Source of the DNA: Balanoglossus misakiensis
Lineage: Eukaryota > Animalia > Hemichordata
Direction: 5' to 3'
DNA length: 64,000 nucleotides
NCBI GenBank assembly: GCA_040954595.2
Contig: CM082579.2
Location: 14,546,550-14,610,549, forward strand
Shown piece by piece: positions 53,157-64,000 of this stretch. A model generated the notes under the pieces. It searched no databases, had not been told where the DNA came from, and was given only the letters and a program-made list of their open reading frames with translations. Within the stretch, counting starts at the first letter, position 1, and the number at the start of each line of letters is the position of its first letter. Made by a program: the position numbers and the translations under genes.

Positions 53157-54253
53157 TTTAGGGATGTTTTGTCGCCTTTGTACAAAACACAAGCAGAAGG
53201 CCAAGTGCGGAGGGACTTGGGTTACAACATCTCCATGTACATGTACCACCCTTCGCGAAGACAAACTCAAGCAGCATGAAGAGACGATTATCGACCGGGC
53301 GGCAATGCAGCTTGACGCCGAGGCAGCAGTTATCGAGAACAGCAGCGGTCTTGTGGCTGCATTTGACAAGGTCATCACCTTTGAGACGCAAGCCTTCATG
53401 CATCGGCGTCCTACGATGCATGTATTTTCTCATGCACAGAGAATTGCCGCACACCACCAACTTCATCCATGTTTTGGAATTGGCAAAGTCCCTCGGGTGT
53501 TCATTCCTTTGTACTCTCAGCAGTGATGACCACAACTATAATGGTTTATTGCATTGGTAAGTAGGTCTACTGATTTTTGTGCAGATCTAAATTGTAGGCA
53601 ATGTAGTAACATTTATTTAAACCTGGTTGTTTTCAAGAAAGGATCACTGTTTAAGCAATAGTGTTACACTCAATAAAGAATAATTACTGTACAAATTACT
53701 GTGAATTTTGATAAGTTTAATCTGAAGAGTAATTTTCATTTATTTCATTTTTCAGGCAAAGTCATCCGTGATGAGATTTTAGAGAAGATGAAAGGAAGTA
53801 ACTTCTATTCACTGTTAATAGATGAAAACAACTGATGTGGCTGTATTGAAGCAATTAATCATCTATTCCAAGTACACCTTGAAGTCTGGGAAGTCAGTTG
53901 TGTCTTTCCTTGGAGTTAAAGAAGTAAGTGGAAAGTTTTTCAATTTTTAAGTCTACACTGAATTAAAAACATACGATTAAACATGTTTTTGAGTGACCTC
54001 ATTTAATTGATTTTGCTGACTAGTTATTTCAGGTGAGACAAACATTGAGTTGTACATTGCATGTGTTAACATCAAGGTTTTATTTTCACTGTTTTAGGTT
54101 GGTGATGGCAGAGCAGACACCATTGCACAGTCAGTGAAAGAGTTTTCTTCAGAGAATGGTATTGTCTTAAGAGATCGTATGTCTGCTTTGGGCAGTGATG
54201 GTGCTCCTGTTATGCTAGGACAGAAAGGAGGGGTGGCTACCAAACTAAAAGAA
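53157..54253 (+). pseudogene. Decayed intron-containing hAT-family transposase (ZNF862/C17orf113-like)
   Basis: Exon ~53157-53556: GMFCRLCTKH...[4-nt shift]IGVLRCMYFLMHRELPHTTNF. Exon 53756-53923: FYSLLIDE[+1]TTDVAVLKQLIIY. Exon 54098-54253: DGRADTI...ALGSDGAPVMLGQKGGVATKLKE. DETTD and SDGA match the hAT catalytic aspartates; the C-terminal part is absent. Confidence 0.85.
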
Positions 54254-55063
54254 GTGAGTGAAATTTTGAGTTGTGAAGACATTGTGATTTTGTAAGTTTT
54301 TAGTTGGTGTCTTTATATCGTGACAATAATAATAGTAATAATTAAAGCTCCAAGCAGCATTGAAGGGGCCCAAGCATAGAGATAATAACCATTAGACTCC
54401 ATTCAGGGTTGTACCATTCAATTGCGTAGGCTGTATTTGCTCTGGATGTGGAGATATGGGGAAGTAGGCAACCACCCGAAATGGATGTCCTACAAGTACA
54501 AACACAACAACCACAAGTGAACTTCTACGTTATGTAAGTACTTCAGTTAAGTACTTCAAAGGTCAGCTGAGGGTACCCAAAAAATTGGGCCAAAAATTTG
54601 GATTCCTATTTGGTTCATATTCAAGACAACGGAAAATTCTCGCCCTTTGGGTTTTTAAAATTAGGTATGGCCATAATAATGAGTTACGCAAGTAAGTTAC
54701 AGGTGGCCCTAGGAATTTAGCATTTCATGACGGTCCTACCCTACCCCTCCAAACACGTGGCTATATATGATGTGCATGCTAACATATGGAAAGCAGGTCA
54801 ATGGACACCTGAGGTCATTCAAAAATTTGACAGAAAAATTTCATTCCTGTTTATGTCTTGTGCAACAAATCCTACATTTGCAGCCCTTTCACTTTGCCTA
54901 ACATTAGGTATGCACGTAATACATGAATCAAGCAGGTGTCAAAGGTATCCCCCTGTATTTGGCATTTCATGATAGTTTCATCCCTCCAAATACCAAAGCT
55001 GCACCTGTACAACGGGATGAGATATGGCACTCTATGACAGAGGTCATCCAAATCACCTTATAC

Positions 55064-55925
55064 ATCAATCAATCAATCAATCAGAGAAATTTGTATAGCG
55101 CCAGTATCTATAACAAGTGTCATACTCAAAGGCGCTTGTGCTCATTGGCCCACACCATATGCTCTTGCGAAATAATGCGTCTTCAGTCTTTTCTTAAAGA
55201 TACTCAAACTTGGAGCTTGACGAATGTTCCACAGTTTCGTTGCAGCATGAGAGAATGCTCGGCCACCGTATGAAGAACGTTTGTACATTGTAGTGCATAA
55301 AAGGCTCTTATTAGCTGAACGAAGCCTGCGACCAGGAGAATATGTCCGAATGAGATCGCGGATATAGTTCGGAGCAAGATTATTTAAGGCTTTGTATGAG
55401 AGCAGATTTATTTTATACTCTATCCTGTGGCGAACTGGTAACCAATGAAGAAGTTGAAGAACTGGCGTTATATGGGCAGACTTCCTGGACCGAGTTATGA
55501 TTCTTGCAGCTGTATTTTGTGTGCGTTGTAGAAGGTTCAGACTGCGTTCTGGTATACCATACAGTAATGCATTACCATAGTCGAGTTTCGCTGCCAAAAT
55601 AGCATGAATCACTGTTTGACATGTTGCTTTGTTAAGAAATTTCCTGATTTGTCCGACACGGCGAAAGTGGTAATATATTGATTGACAAGTTTTCTTGATG
55701 TGATCTTTATACATGTGCGTATTGTCAAATATTACACCAATATTGCGAGCTGATTTAACGACGGGAACAGAGCTTGAACCAATGGTAATCTTGTCAATAG
55801 CATCAGCAGAGTGATGAAATTGTGAACGAATAAGTAGAATCTCAGTTTTTGGAGTCGTTGAGTTGAAGCTTGTTTTGGGTCATCCAGTCCTTAAGATCAC
55901 GGATACAGGCCTCAATGGACATTTG
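55064..55925 (-). mobile_element. L2-like LINE, 5'-truncated, frameshifted
   Basis: WMTQNKLQLNDSK/TEILLI...ARNIGVIFD...KLDYGNALLYG...LQRTQNTAARII...HITPVLQLLHWLPV...YGGRAFS. (ATTG)n tail at 55064-55082. Confidence 0.92.
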
Positions 55926-56622
55926 GGCAAAAACCAACTGACACTTACATTCGTCCCTGTGGAACAAAAACCACACCTATCGCCCTGTTGGTTAGTGTCT
56001 AATTAAATGTACAAAATCAATGACTTAGGCAGGTGCAAAAGACGACCCCGCCTTTGGTATATCATTATGGTCCCATCCGTATATGCCCCCCCCCCCCTCC
56101 CAAGCCAAAGCTGCATGCATCTGCTGTGGATGCTCACTAAGCAAAAGTAGGTGAAAGGTCACATAAGGTCGCCCACAACTTGACGGGAAAATCGGACTTC
56201 ATATTGATCCATGTGCAACAAATAGCACGCTACCACCCCTTTCATTGACCCCACAATTACGCATGCACATAATTATTGAGTTATGCAGGTGTCACAGGTG
56301 ACACCCGAATCGGGTGTATTATTTTAGTCCCATACAGCTGCATGTAGCTGCGTGCCGTTACGGGCGACCTGATAACCCACACGGCCACCTGCGGGCCGAC
56401 CCCCATACTGAACGTCCAGTTGCAACATCACGACTGAAGTAGGAACTTTTGAACGGCAACGAAGCCTGATCTCTGATTATTGCTGGTACCATACTCCTGT
56501 CGTGCAAGAAAATCACTGGTCTGCTGACGTATTTCAGCCAATTTCCCAAACTACTATCCACTACATGTGACTACAATGCTAATGAAACCTCCCACAACAT
56601 TAGCGACTTAGGGTCAAAGTCC

Positions 56623-59165
56623 ACTGTTTTAAATTTTTTCATCGGTTTTACTTTAAAGGATGCCCACAAACTGCAACAGTAAATATTACTACAATATGCC
56701 AAAAATAAAACTTTCTTCACATCTTGACTAAAATGTTGAAAATGTCTCAATAGCATGTTTGCTCTAACACAAAATGCTCTTCTCTGTCGTTCAATATCTT
56801 CATTATCACAACCCTCACAAGATATAACATGGCCCAGATAGGTGTGTACAGGTACAAACTTTAAAGTGATGTCATTAAGTTTAACCGAAGGAATTCTTTG
56901 AACGCTCATATTCTTCCCATTAAAAAGCATGCACACAGTTTTACTAGAATTATAAATTATATCATAATCCTTGCCATAAATTTCACAAATTCTAAGAAGA
57001 CGGTGTAGACCCTTAATACTTGGACTGAGTAGAGTCATGTCGTCAGCGTAACCTAAAGTGTTAGCGCTGACACCACACATGGTACAGCCAACTTTGGCTT
57101 TACAGAGTGCATTGATAAGATCATCAATGTAGACATTAAAAAGATAGGGAGAGAGTACTCCCCCTTGTCTTACACCGTTAGAAACAGAAAACAACTCTGA
57201 GGTTTCATTACCCCACAACACAGTAAACAATTGATTTCTGTACCATTAAAGGTCACATGTCATGCTTTGGAAAGTTTTCATTTTTCCACGTCAAAAGCTC
57301 ACCTAGGGTACCTGTCTATGCATTGCCTATTGTGTCGGTTCCGAAAAATGTGCACGAATGCCGGAATTTGCCACCTTTTTTCATGCCTGTGATCGGGGAG
57401 CCACTTCGCACTCGAGCCAGGCGAAGGTATTTGCATATGGACAAAAAAGTACACTATGTCGTAGTGTACCATTCTGTTTACAGTAAAGTGTAATTATCGG
57501 TCCATGAGTAATTAAGTCCACAGACAAAGATAAGCTATATAAACAGTGTTCAAAGCAAAGGAAGCCCTTGCCTCACATTGCAGGCAGAGGATTTACAAAG
57601 GTGTGAAAGACTATTTGTCCACATCAAGATAAGTCTTCGGCTTAACTTCGAAAAGCCAAAAAAAATCGACTGAGTTGGGTTAGGGGTACACGCCCACCCG
57701 CCACTTTTACTTGCTTGTTATCTAAGCACAAGGGGCAAAACGCATTGCAAGATAGTAACATACGTTAACTTCAAGACCCAAATAGTGATTTTACGCGTGG
57801 TTGTATAGGGCATGGCATGGGACCTTTAATATAAAATTCGTACAGCATACAAGGGAACATTCCTGTCGATGAGCTTGTTAACCAGTTTAAAGTGATTAAC
57901 TCTGTCAAAAGCTTTTGAAGCATCCAGAAAACAAGTAAACACTGGTCTTCCATTGCTGGTGTAGTAGCTAATGATTTCTTTAAATGCAAATAAACACAGG
58001 TCAGTTGAATGTTCTCGCTTGAAACCAAATTGTAAATAATGAGAGGTAAGAAACTCCTCACAACGAGAAAGTAAAATAGGCTCAAAAACTTTAGAGAAAA
58101 CAGTTGCTAGTGCTATCGGCTGGTAGTTACTGGCATCACTACAAAGCTTAGTTTTATCCTTAATTGGAACTAAAATAACTTTGATAGCCTCAGTTTGCAG
58201 GTAACCATGAACAATCAAGTCAAAATGGGTAAAATAGAGGAGTCTGAGAATTTGAGGTGCTCAGCTGAAATATTGTCAATGCCAGCTGTCTTATCGTCAG
58301 GTAACTTATGTATAGCAGAAATTACTTCTTCTTCAGAAACATACATATCAGAAGAAAATTTAACATACTTCATTTTCTCCTCGATGTCATTTTTACCAGT
58401 CTGAGCCTGGACAGAATTCAAAATATCACTGAAATGCTTGTGCCACATAATTGCAATTTCACTCTCACCAGTCGCTCCACCTACAGTGTCAGAAAGCGGC
58501 ATTTTTCGGCTAGTTTGCTTTCTGACTTCCTTCCAGAAGTCGTTCTGTCTGTGGCAGCGTAAATTGTCAGCCATCTTGTCAGCCCTATTTTGATTCTCAA
58601 TCTTTTTACAAGCACGTAAAGCATACTTAAAACGAGCTCTGGAAGATTTCATGGTTTCAAAAAGCGGGCCTTGTTAAGGTTTACCCCCATTAACCCATAA
58701 TAAAAACATGGAACGGGCATAGTCGTGACTTTCTTTTACAAAATCGTTCCAGCCAGGCACAACATGAACTTTCTGGTGAAACTTACGCCTAATGGTATCT
58801 TTTGCAGCACAATTCAATGCGTCCACAACACTACTATAACAAGTATCAATTGCCTGTAAATGCGAAGGGTATGTACAGTTCACATTAGTGCAGAATAACT
58901 CTTCGGATATATTAATCTTATCAACCTTGGCTTTGGTACAGCGGGTGTAGGCGTATATATTCTGCTGTGACAATTTTTTTCCAATCAACTCGAAAATTAC
59001 ATTGCTTGAAGGAACTACTGCTGAAGCATTCATCAGCAGAAGTGTTGAAATGAACCTCTATTGAAACAGGAATATGGTCGGAGTCAACAACATTGCAAAG
59101 ACTCGAAATTGAAAGAACATTGCTATAAAAAATTTTAGTGGTAACACAGTGGTCAATCCAAACTC
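56623..59165 (-). mobile_element. RTE/RTE-X-like LINE ORF2 fragment (APE end plus RT), decayed
   Basis: WIDHC...SDHIP (APE end), PGWND, NYQPIAL, QFGFK, FLDASKAFDRVNH, NGVRQGGVLSPYLFNVYIDDL and GYADD motifs. Stops and frameshifts separate the ORF pieces. Confidence 0.92.
57250..57825. mobile_element. Kolobok-like MITE inserted in the RT region
   Basis: TTAA|AGGTCACATGTCATGC ... GCATGGCATGGGACCT|TTAA. Removing it rejoins RILY*WYRNQLF. Confidence 0.88.
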
Positions 59166-61448
59166 AGCGTAATTCAATAAAACGACCTAACACAGCCTGA
59201 ACTCCGATAATGTGTTGTCCCAAAATTCATTCCGTGGAAAATAATCACTGGTCTGTTTACGTATTTCAGCCGATTTTCCAAGGACTACTGCAACCCGCCA
59301 GAAGTGAGTAGCCTGCTAATGAGATCTCCACAACATTACGTAATGACGGTCAAAGTCCGATGCCCCAGTGTCCGTCCTCAGCCCACCAAAAAATGCGAAA
59401 AAATATTACAAAAATCTTCTTCTCAAAATCGACGTGGCCTAGGACCTTGAAATTTGGCACAGGGGATTTTGGCCACATGGTCTACAAAAATCGCGAAAAG
59501 AATGTACATGCCCCCATTAACGTGCAAATTAGGTCAATTTGAAAATTTCGCTCGATTATAGCCACAAAGTCACGTGACTAATTACAAATTCAAAGGGCAG
59601 GTGCACCAGTACTCATGGGCCCCAACCACCGTGCCAAATTTGGAGGCGCACTTGCCGGAATTTCAGAGAAAAACGGGCGCAAAAAAACGACTCAAGAAGA
59701 AAGAAGACAAACTCCAGCAATAACAGAAGGGGACCAAGCGCCTGAGGGCTCTTGGTCCCCTAAATATGGGACTAAACTTGACAGATACCCGGAATATTTT
59801 CCTATTTAGGATACCTGGTTGCATTTCCACCTAAAGGCGTCCTATTGGCGTGGAAATTTTATAACTTGAAATCGTTTGACTGGGTGATAGGTATTAATAT
59901 CTTATGATGTTATAAAACACTTGGCTCGCCAAAGGTAAGGACCGATTATAGCGTCAGTCGTGTCATAAAATCTATATGAACGTCATGGGTCAATAAACTT
60001 GATGGTCCAATAAAATTTAATGGTTCGTAAAACTATTGTGTCCAATGTCTGCAGAGTATACTGGCTGCAACATGTGTATGAGTCAGGATTAACGGCTGTA
60101 GCCATCAACCCAAAAGGTGAACGTCCTATTCTCACTAACTTAAATAGGTTTTGCGACCTAGTTGAGTTATAAAAACCTTATGATAAAGTCGACACAATTT
60201 CAAGATGACGATGTGCAAATGAGAGTTCATAAGCTAAAGTAAAGTTCAATGAATTCTATACAAAGTTCAAAAAAGATTTTTTACTAAAGGAAGACATGAA
60301 CAAACTGATATCGTCTCTTCATATTCGTACATGTCCAACTGTTGTGATTTGACCCCCCCCCCATGGTACATGAACCTATTACTTAGTACACACTTAAACA
60401 ATTGGCATTTGAAGTGCCTTGCTTGACAGTGTTTAATGCTGTGGTCAGCCGCGTTTATCTCTCGCCACTTCATGCATCATGTCGCCTTAAAGGGACAAAC
60501 TCTCTCTCTCGTCGCCCTTTTCTATTAATTATGTTTGATACAAGACACCGTTTATATTAATGGGCATGTGTTTATGTAGTGAATGAACGTTCAACCACAC
60601 ACAACTTCCATCCTGCTTGTATGATATGAGAGTAAAAACTCGCCCAAAATGAATTAATGGTAGAGACCGATTTTTCAGTTTTGCGAGTTTTCGCTCTCGT
60701 GTCTACATGCGGGATAGAAGGTGTGTGCGGTTGAACGTTGCATCACTATATATCCACATTTACATTAATATAAACGGTGTTTTGTATCAAACATGGAAAA
60801 GGGCAGCGAGTTAAGGATGTACGATCAGTAAAATTGAAAGCATTGTCATTTCTTTTAATCGTGAATTTTCGTTTCTGATTTGTATGTATAATGAAAATCC
60901 ATTTTGGGTCACTGCACTTGTTTTCGACTTTAAACAAGGCCGTGAATTTAGTCGACAATTGAAGAAAACTGCTAACGGTCAGCATTTTCTACCAATGGTT
61001 TGTCTATGGATACAATATTGAACAAAGTTTATCTCAAAATAGAGCGTGATGAATTTATTTTGATTTGTCGGAGCTATGTGTAAAATTTCATGAAAATGAC
61101 AATAGTAGAAGTGAGTTTTCTAACTATTCTCCATGTACTCCTATGGGAAGAGACACAGGCGCACAGTTTACCAGTTGACGACCTCTAAAGAGGAAACGGG
61201 GGGGGGGGGGATGATGAAAGGTTTAAGACTTACAGATCACAACTTAAAGAGCCATTCAGAAAGAGGCTTAGAGTGGAGTATCAAATCGGACGATACCACT
61301 GACTGGTGGAGGAAGACAAAATAAGCAAACTGAGTAGATGAGTGCTCAGATTTCTTCAGAGGACCAAACGTTTCAAAGAATTATACGTGACAATCCATGC
61401 CTGGTCCGTCAGTAGATATAAACAGAACATTGTGGCTGTATTCATTAA

Positions 61449-61739
61449 AGGGACAAAGTCTCTCTCTCGCTGCCCTTTTTCCATTAATTATGTTTGATAC
61501 AAGACTGCGTTTATATTATTCTACATATGGATATAGTGAACCAACGTTCAACCATACACACCTTCCACCCCGCTTGTATAGACACGAGAGTTTTAAAAAG
61601 TAGCCAAAATGAATAAACGGTCTCTACCATTTATTCATTTCGGGCGAGTTTTTACTCTCGTATCATACAAGCCGGATGGAAGTTGTGTGTGGTTGAACGT
61701 TCATTCACTAACATAAACGGTGTCTTGTATCATGTCCCT
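61449..61739. mobile_element. Kolobok-like MITE (AGGGACAAAGTCTCTCT family)
   Basis: TTAA|AGGGACA ... TGTCCCT|TTAA, same family as 45240-45586. Confidence 0.8.
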
Positions 61740-61806
61740 TTAACACTTTTGAAGCATTTTACTAATGCTAACATGACTAGACCAATTGAATGATGTTACA
61801 TTGCAG

Positions 61807-61888
61807 GTTATCAACTCAGAGGGGCGTCTTGTTATAAAGCGGTACCTGACAAACAATCAGCTGGCAACGCTGAAAATACCTGTCAGTC
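61807..61888 (+). CDS. uif: C-type lectin N-terminal exon of the next uif-like gene copy
   Basis: ttgcag| GYQLRGASCYKAVPDKQSAGNAENTCQ-TC |gtaagt. CTLD CYK...A...C motif. The phase-2 end TC joins the leading A of the 5067-type exon to give ...TCQ-S-FYGGHL. Confidence 0.85.
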
Positions 61889-62236
61889 GTAAGTATGAAA
61901 GTATACATCATTTGAGTAGAATTTTACGGGAGTTCCTAACAAGGCTTGGACATGTCACGCACAAATACAAAGGGCGCGTATAAAGACAGACAAAACCTCG
62001 CTCAGTGTGAGGTGTTCAGCGATTGCATCTGATAAGTCGAAAATGCTTGATCACGTGTCATGTTCAGTTGGGAAATTGGATATGTCTCAGGCCAAAAAAA
62101 CTAATATGTGCTATTCCGATTACATGGTTTTCAAAAATATTGTAGGTAGAAAGGGACATTTTTTTATTTTTCAATTTTTTTTATATCTTTGGCCGTCGTA
62201 GTGTAGAAGAATGACATCATAGTTCTTGCGTGATTC

Positions 62237-64000
62237 TCGCAATTTTCATGAATTGTTTTATATTTGACATCGTTATTTTTACTTCCGGTTTGCGAAGATC
62301 TAAACTGTTTTGGGTCGGCGGGCTAAAATTAGGGTAGTTCGGGTAATCGTTATGACATTGGGAGCTACGGCTGCAAAGCCATGTGTCTCGTGCGAAAAGG
62401 GCCCTTAACCTTTTGCAATATTTAACAGCAAACAACAGACAGTTTTGAGAATAAAAGGTTTCCGTCGTGTCTGACTTTCATATCGCATTAATAGCATATC
62501 CCTAATTTTAAAGAAATTAGGAGAGACAGAGTGAAACAGGCAGAGTGGCAGACAGACACAAGCAGACAGACAGAGCAACATTCATCAGTAGAGACACTCA
62601 CCGGTCGCTCGCTCGCTCGCTCGCTCACTCTCTCTCTCAGAGAGAGGGGGCAGACAGTCAGACAGACCGACGTTGACAGACAGTCAGTAAGTCAGTCAGC
62701 CAGTTAATCAGTCAGTCAGACGTCAAAGACACAGTGACACAAACACAGCGAGGGAGACAACAGGACCTTTCATGCTTAAACCCCTGTTCTTCTGTTATAA
62801 ACTTTGAAAACCGTTCGTTTTCAGACTGCAGATTGCTCGAATAACGCGACACACTGCCGAAACAATAAAACAAATACTAGTGGGAGCTCATAAAATAAAA
62901 TCGCTCAACCATTCCGTCGTCCTGAGTGACCTCAGCCACATTAATTCCGACGTCTTTTTAGGGTCATGAAAAAAGTCACAAATAAGGTATTTCCCCTAGG
63001 TCCACCTGAAGCAAAAAGTTTTCGTTTCGACTCCATCATTCCGAATAGTAAGAAAGCAACAAAATTGAAAAGACAGATGTAAAATGCAATCTCTCTCACG
63101 TGGTAACGTTTGTAACTATGGCAATCACGGTACGTGTTCAGTACACAGACAGGGAGAAAAGTTTCTCCATGCAATACATGTGTTCAGTAAGGTTTGACCT
63201 TGGTTTTACTTTGTACCATGATCGCCGCTTTCTAAGCATGGATGAACGACGGCGGTCAGACCCAATCGAACCCTTTCATGTCAGATGACCACGGTATCTC
63301 CAGTGTGAGATGACATTTGACAAACCATTTGATTTCAACAAAATCTTCGCGTCGTCAACGCGTCGCATACCAGTCGCATATCGGTATTTACCCAATCATA
63401 AAAGTTGGAAATTCGGGAGACTCGATCTGCAACCAAGTTGAGAGTAAATTTTGACGTTTGACTATTGGCAAGTAAACAGGTTACACAATGACTTGTCGGT
63501 TTTTCCTCCGTCATGGTCGTTCTTGACCCAAGTGTCCTTCCTTGACATTTAGACACACCTTGCGGTATGACCTTGGTGGTCATGTGCAATTAGTTTTCTT
63601 GTATAAGACGCTTTTCATGCCGGGGTAGACGACTTGTGCGTGGATCATCAACATTTCAGTGATATTTCAACGCAAAGTTTTAGCAATATTGAGAAAACAG
63701 ATAGTGAGGTGTCAAATGCATATCAATGTACGAAAATTAGGTCAAGCCACCCGACAGCAACCGCTTTCACACAGTGTCGGACGTTGCACGGAATGTGAAA
63801 CGTTACACTGCTTCGGCCGTTCACATGCACCTGGGCGTGGTTTTGATTGATGGTCAAACGCCCCCACTTACTTTGGGCGTTTTCAATGGTAAATGTGTCG
63901 TATTGATCGAAACCTTGCCGTAAACACATTTTTTTTGCTGAATCAACATTCAGAGTTCAGCCGTCTAGTTAACGAAGTATTGAAATAAGCCACTTGTTCA
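62237..64000 (+). repeat. Copy 2 of the duplicated block (runs off the window end)
   Basis: Matches 1-~1610 apart from scattered SNPs, an extra 164 bp (62404-62567) and a 13-bp deletion near 63533. Confidence 0.97.

Larger units (their letters stand above)
54345..59765 (+). mobile_element. HINE-like host element interrupted by two LINE fragments
   Basis: GAAGGGGCCCAAGC at 54362 is echoed by the terminal hairpin GAAGGGGACCAAGC...CTTGGTCCCCT at 59726-59761. Related internal repeats lie at 56508-56622 and 59240-59358. Confidence 0.55.

Noticed and set aside
1-64000. Terminal direct repeats as LTRs of a giant retroelement
   Set aside because: No TG...CA ends, PBS, PPT or gag/pol were seen. The adjacent in-phase lectin exon explains the repeats as duplicated intron sequence.

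Overview
AT-rich, intron-containing eukaryotic DNA, most consistent with a marine invertebrate genome (inferred from the repeat families and gene type). None of the long ORFs in the track is a real single-exon gene. Main contents: (1) A + strand multi-exon gene remnant (13 exons read by eye, 5067-16944) encoding C-type lectin, 3 CUB, 4 Sushi/CCP and 2 Ca-binding EGF domains. It resembles the N-terminal part of uninflatable (uif)-type proteins but carries frameshifts, a nonsense codon and missing exons. (2) A ~12.1-kb array of a 90-bp satellite (about 17800-29933) with nested higher-order duplications, whose left flank and monomer match a local MITE. (3) A repeat-dense region with a 50-bp minisatellite, a ~170-bp array, L2-like and RTE/RTE-X-like LINE fragments, HINE-like, Kolobok-like, P-like and Crypton-like non-autonomous elements, and a decayed intron-containing hAT (ZNF862-like) transposase. 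(4) A candidate spliced minus-strand non-coding transcript at ~44.8-46.9 kb. (5) The first ~1.6 kb recurs at 62237-64000, and just before that copy lies the C-type lectin exon (61807-61888) that joins in frame to the first exon at 5067. This indicates a ~62.2-kb tandem segmental duplication of the 5' part of the uif-like gene. All family assignments rest on motif recognition without database searches.
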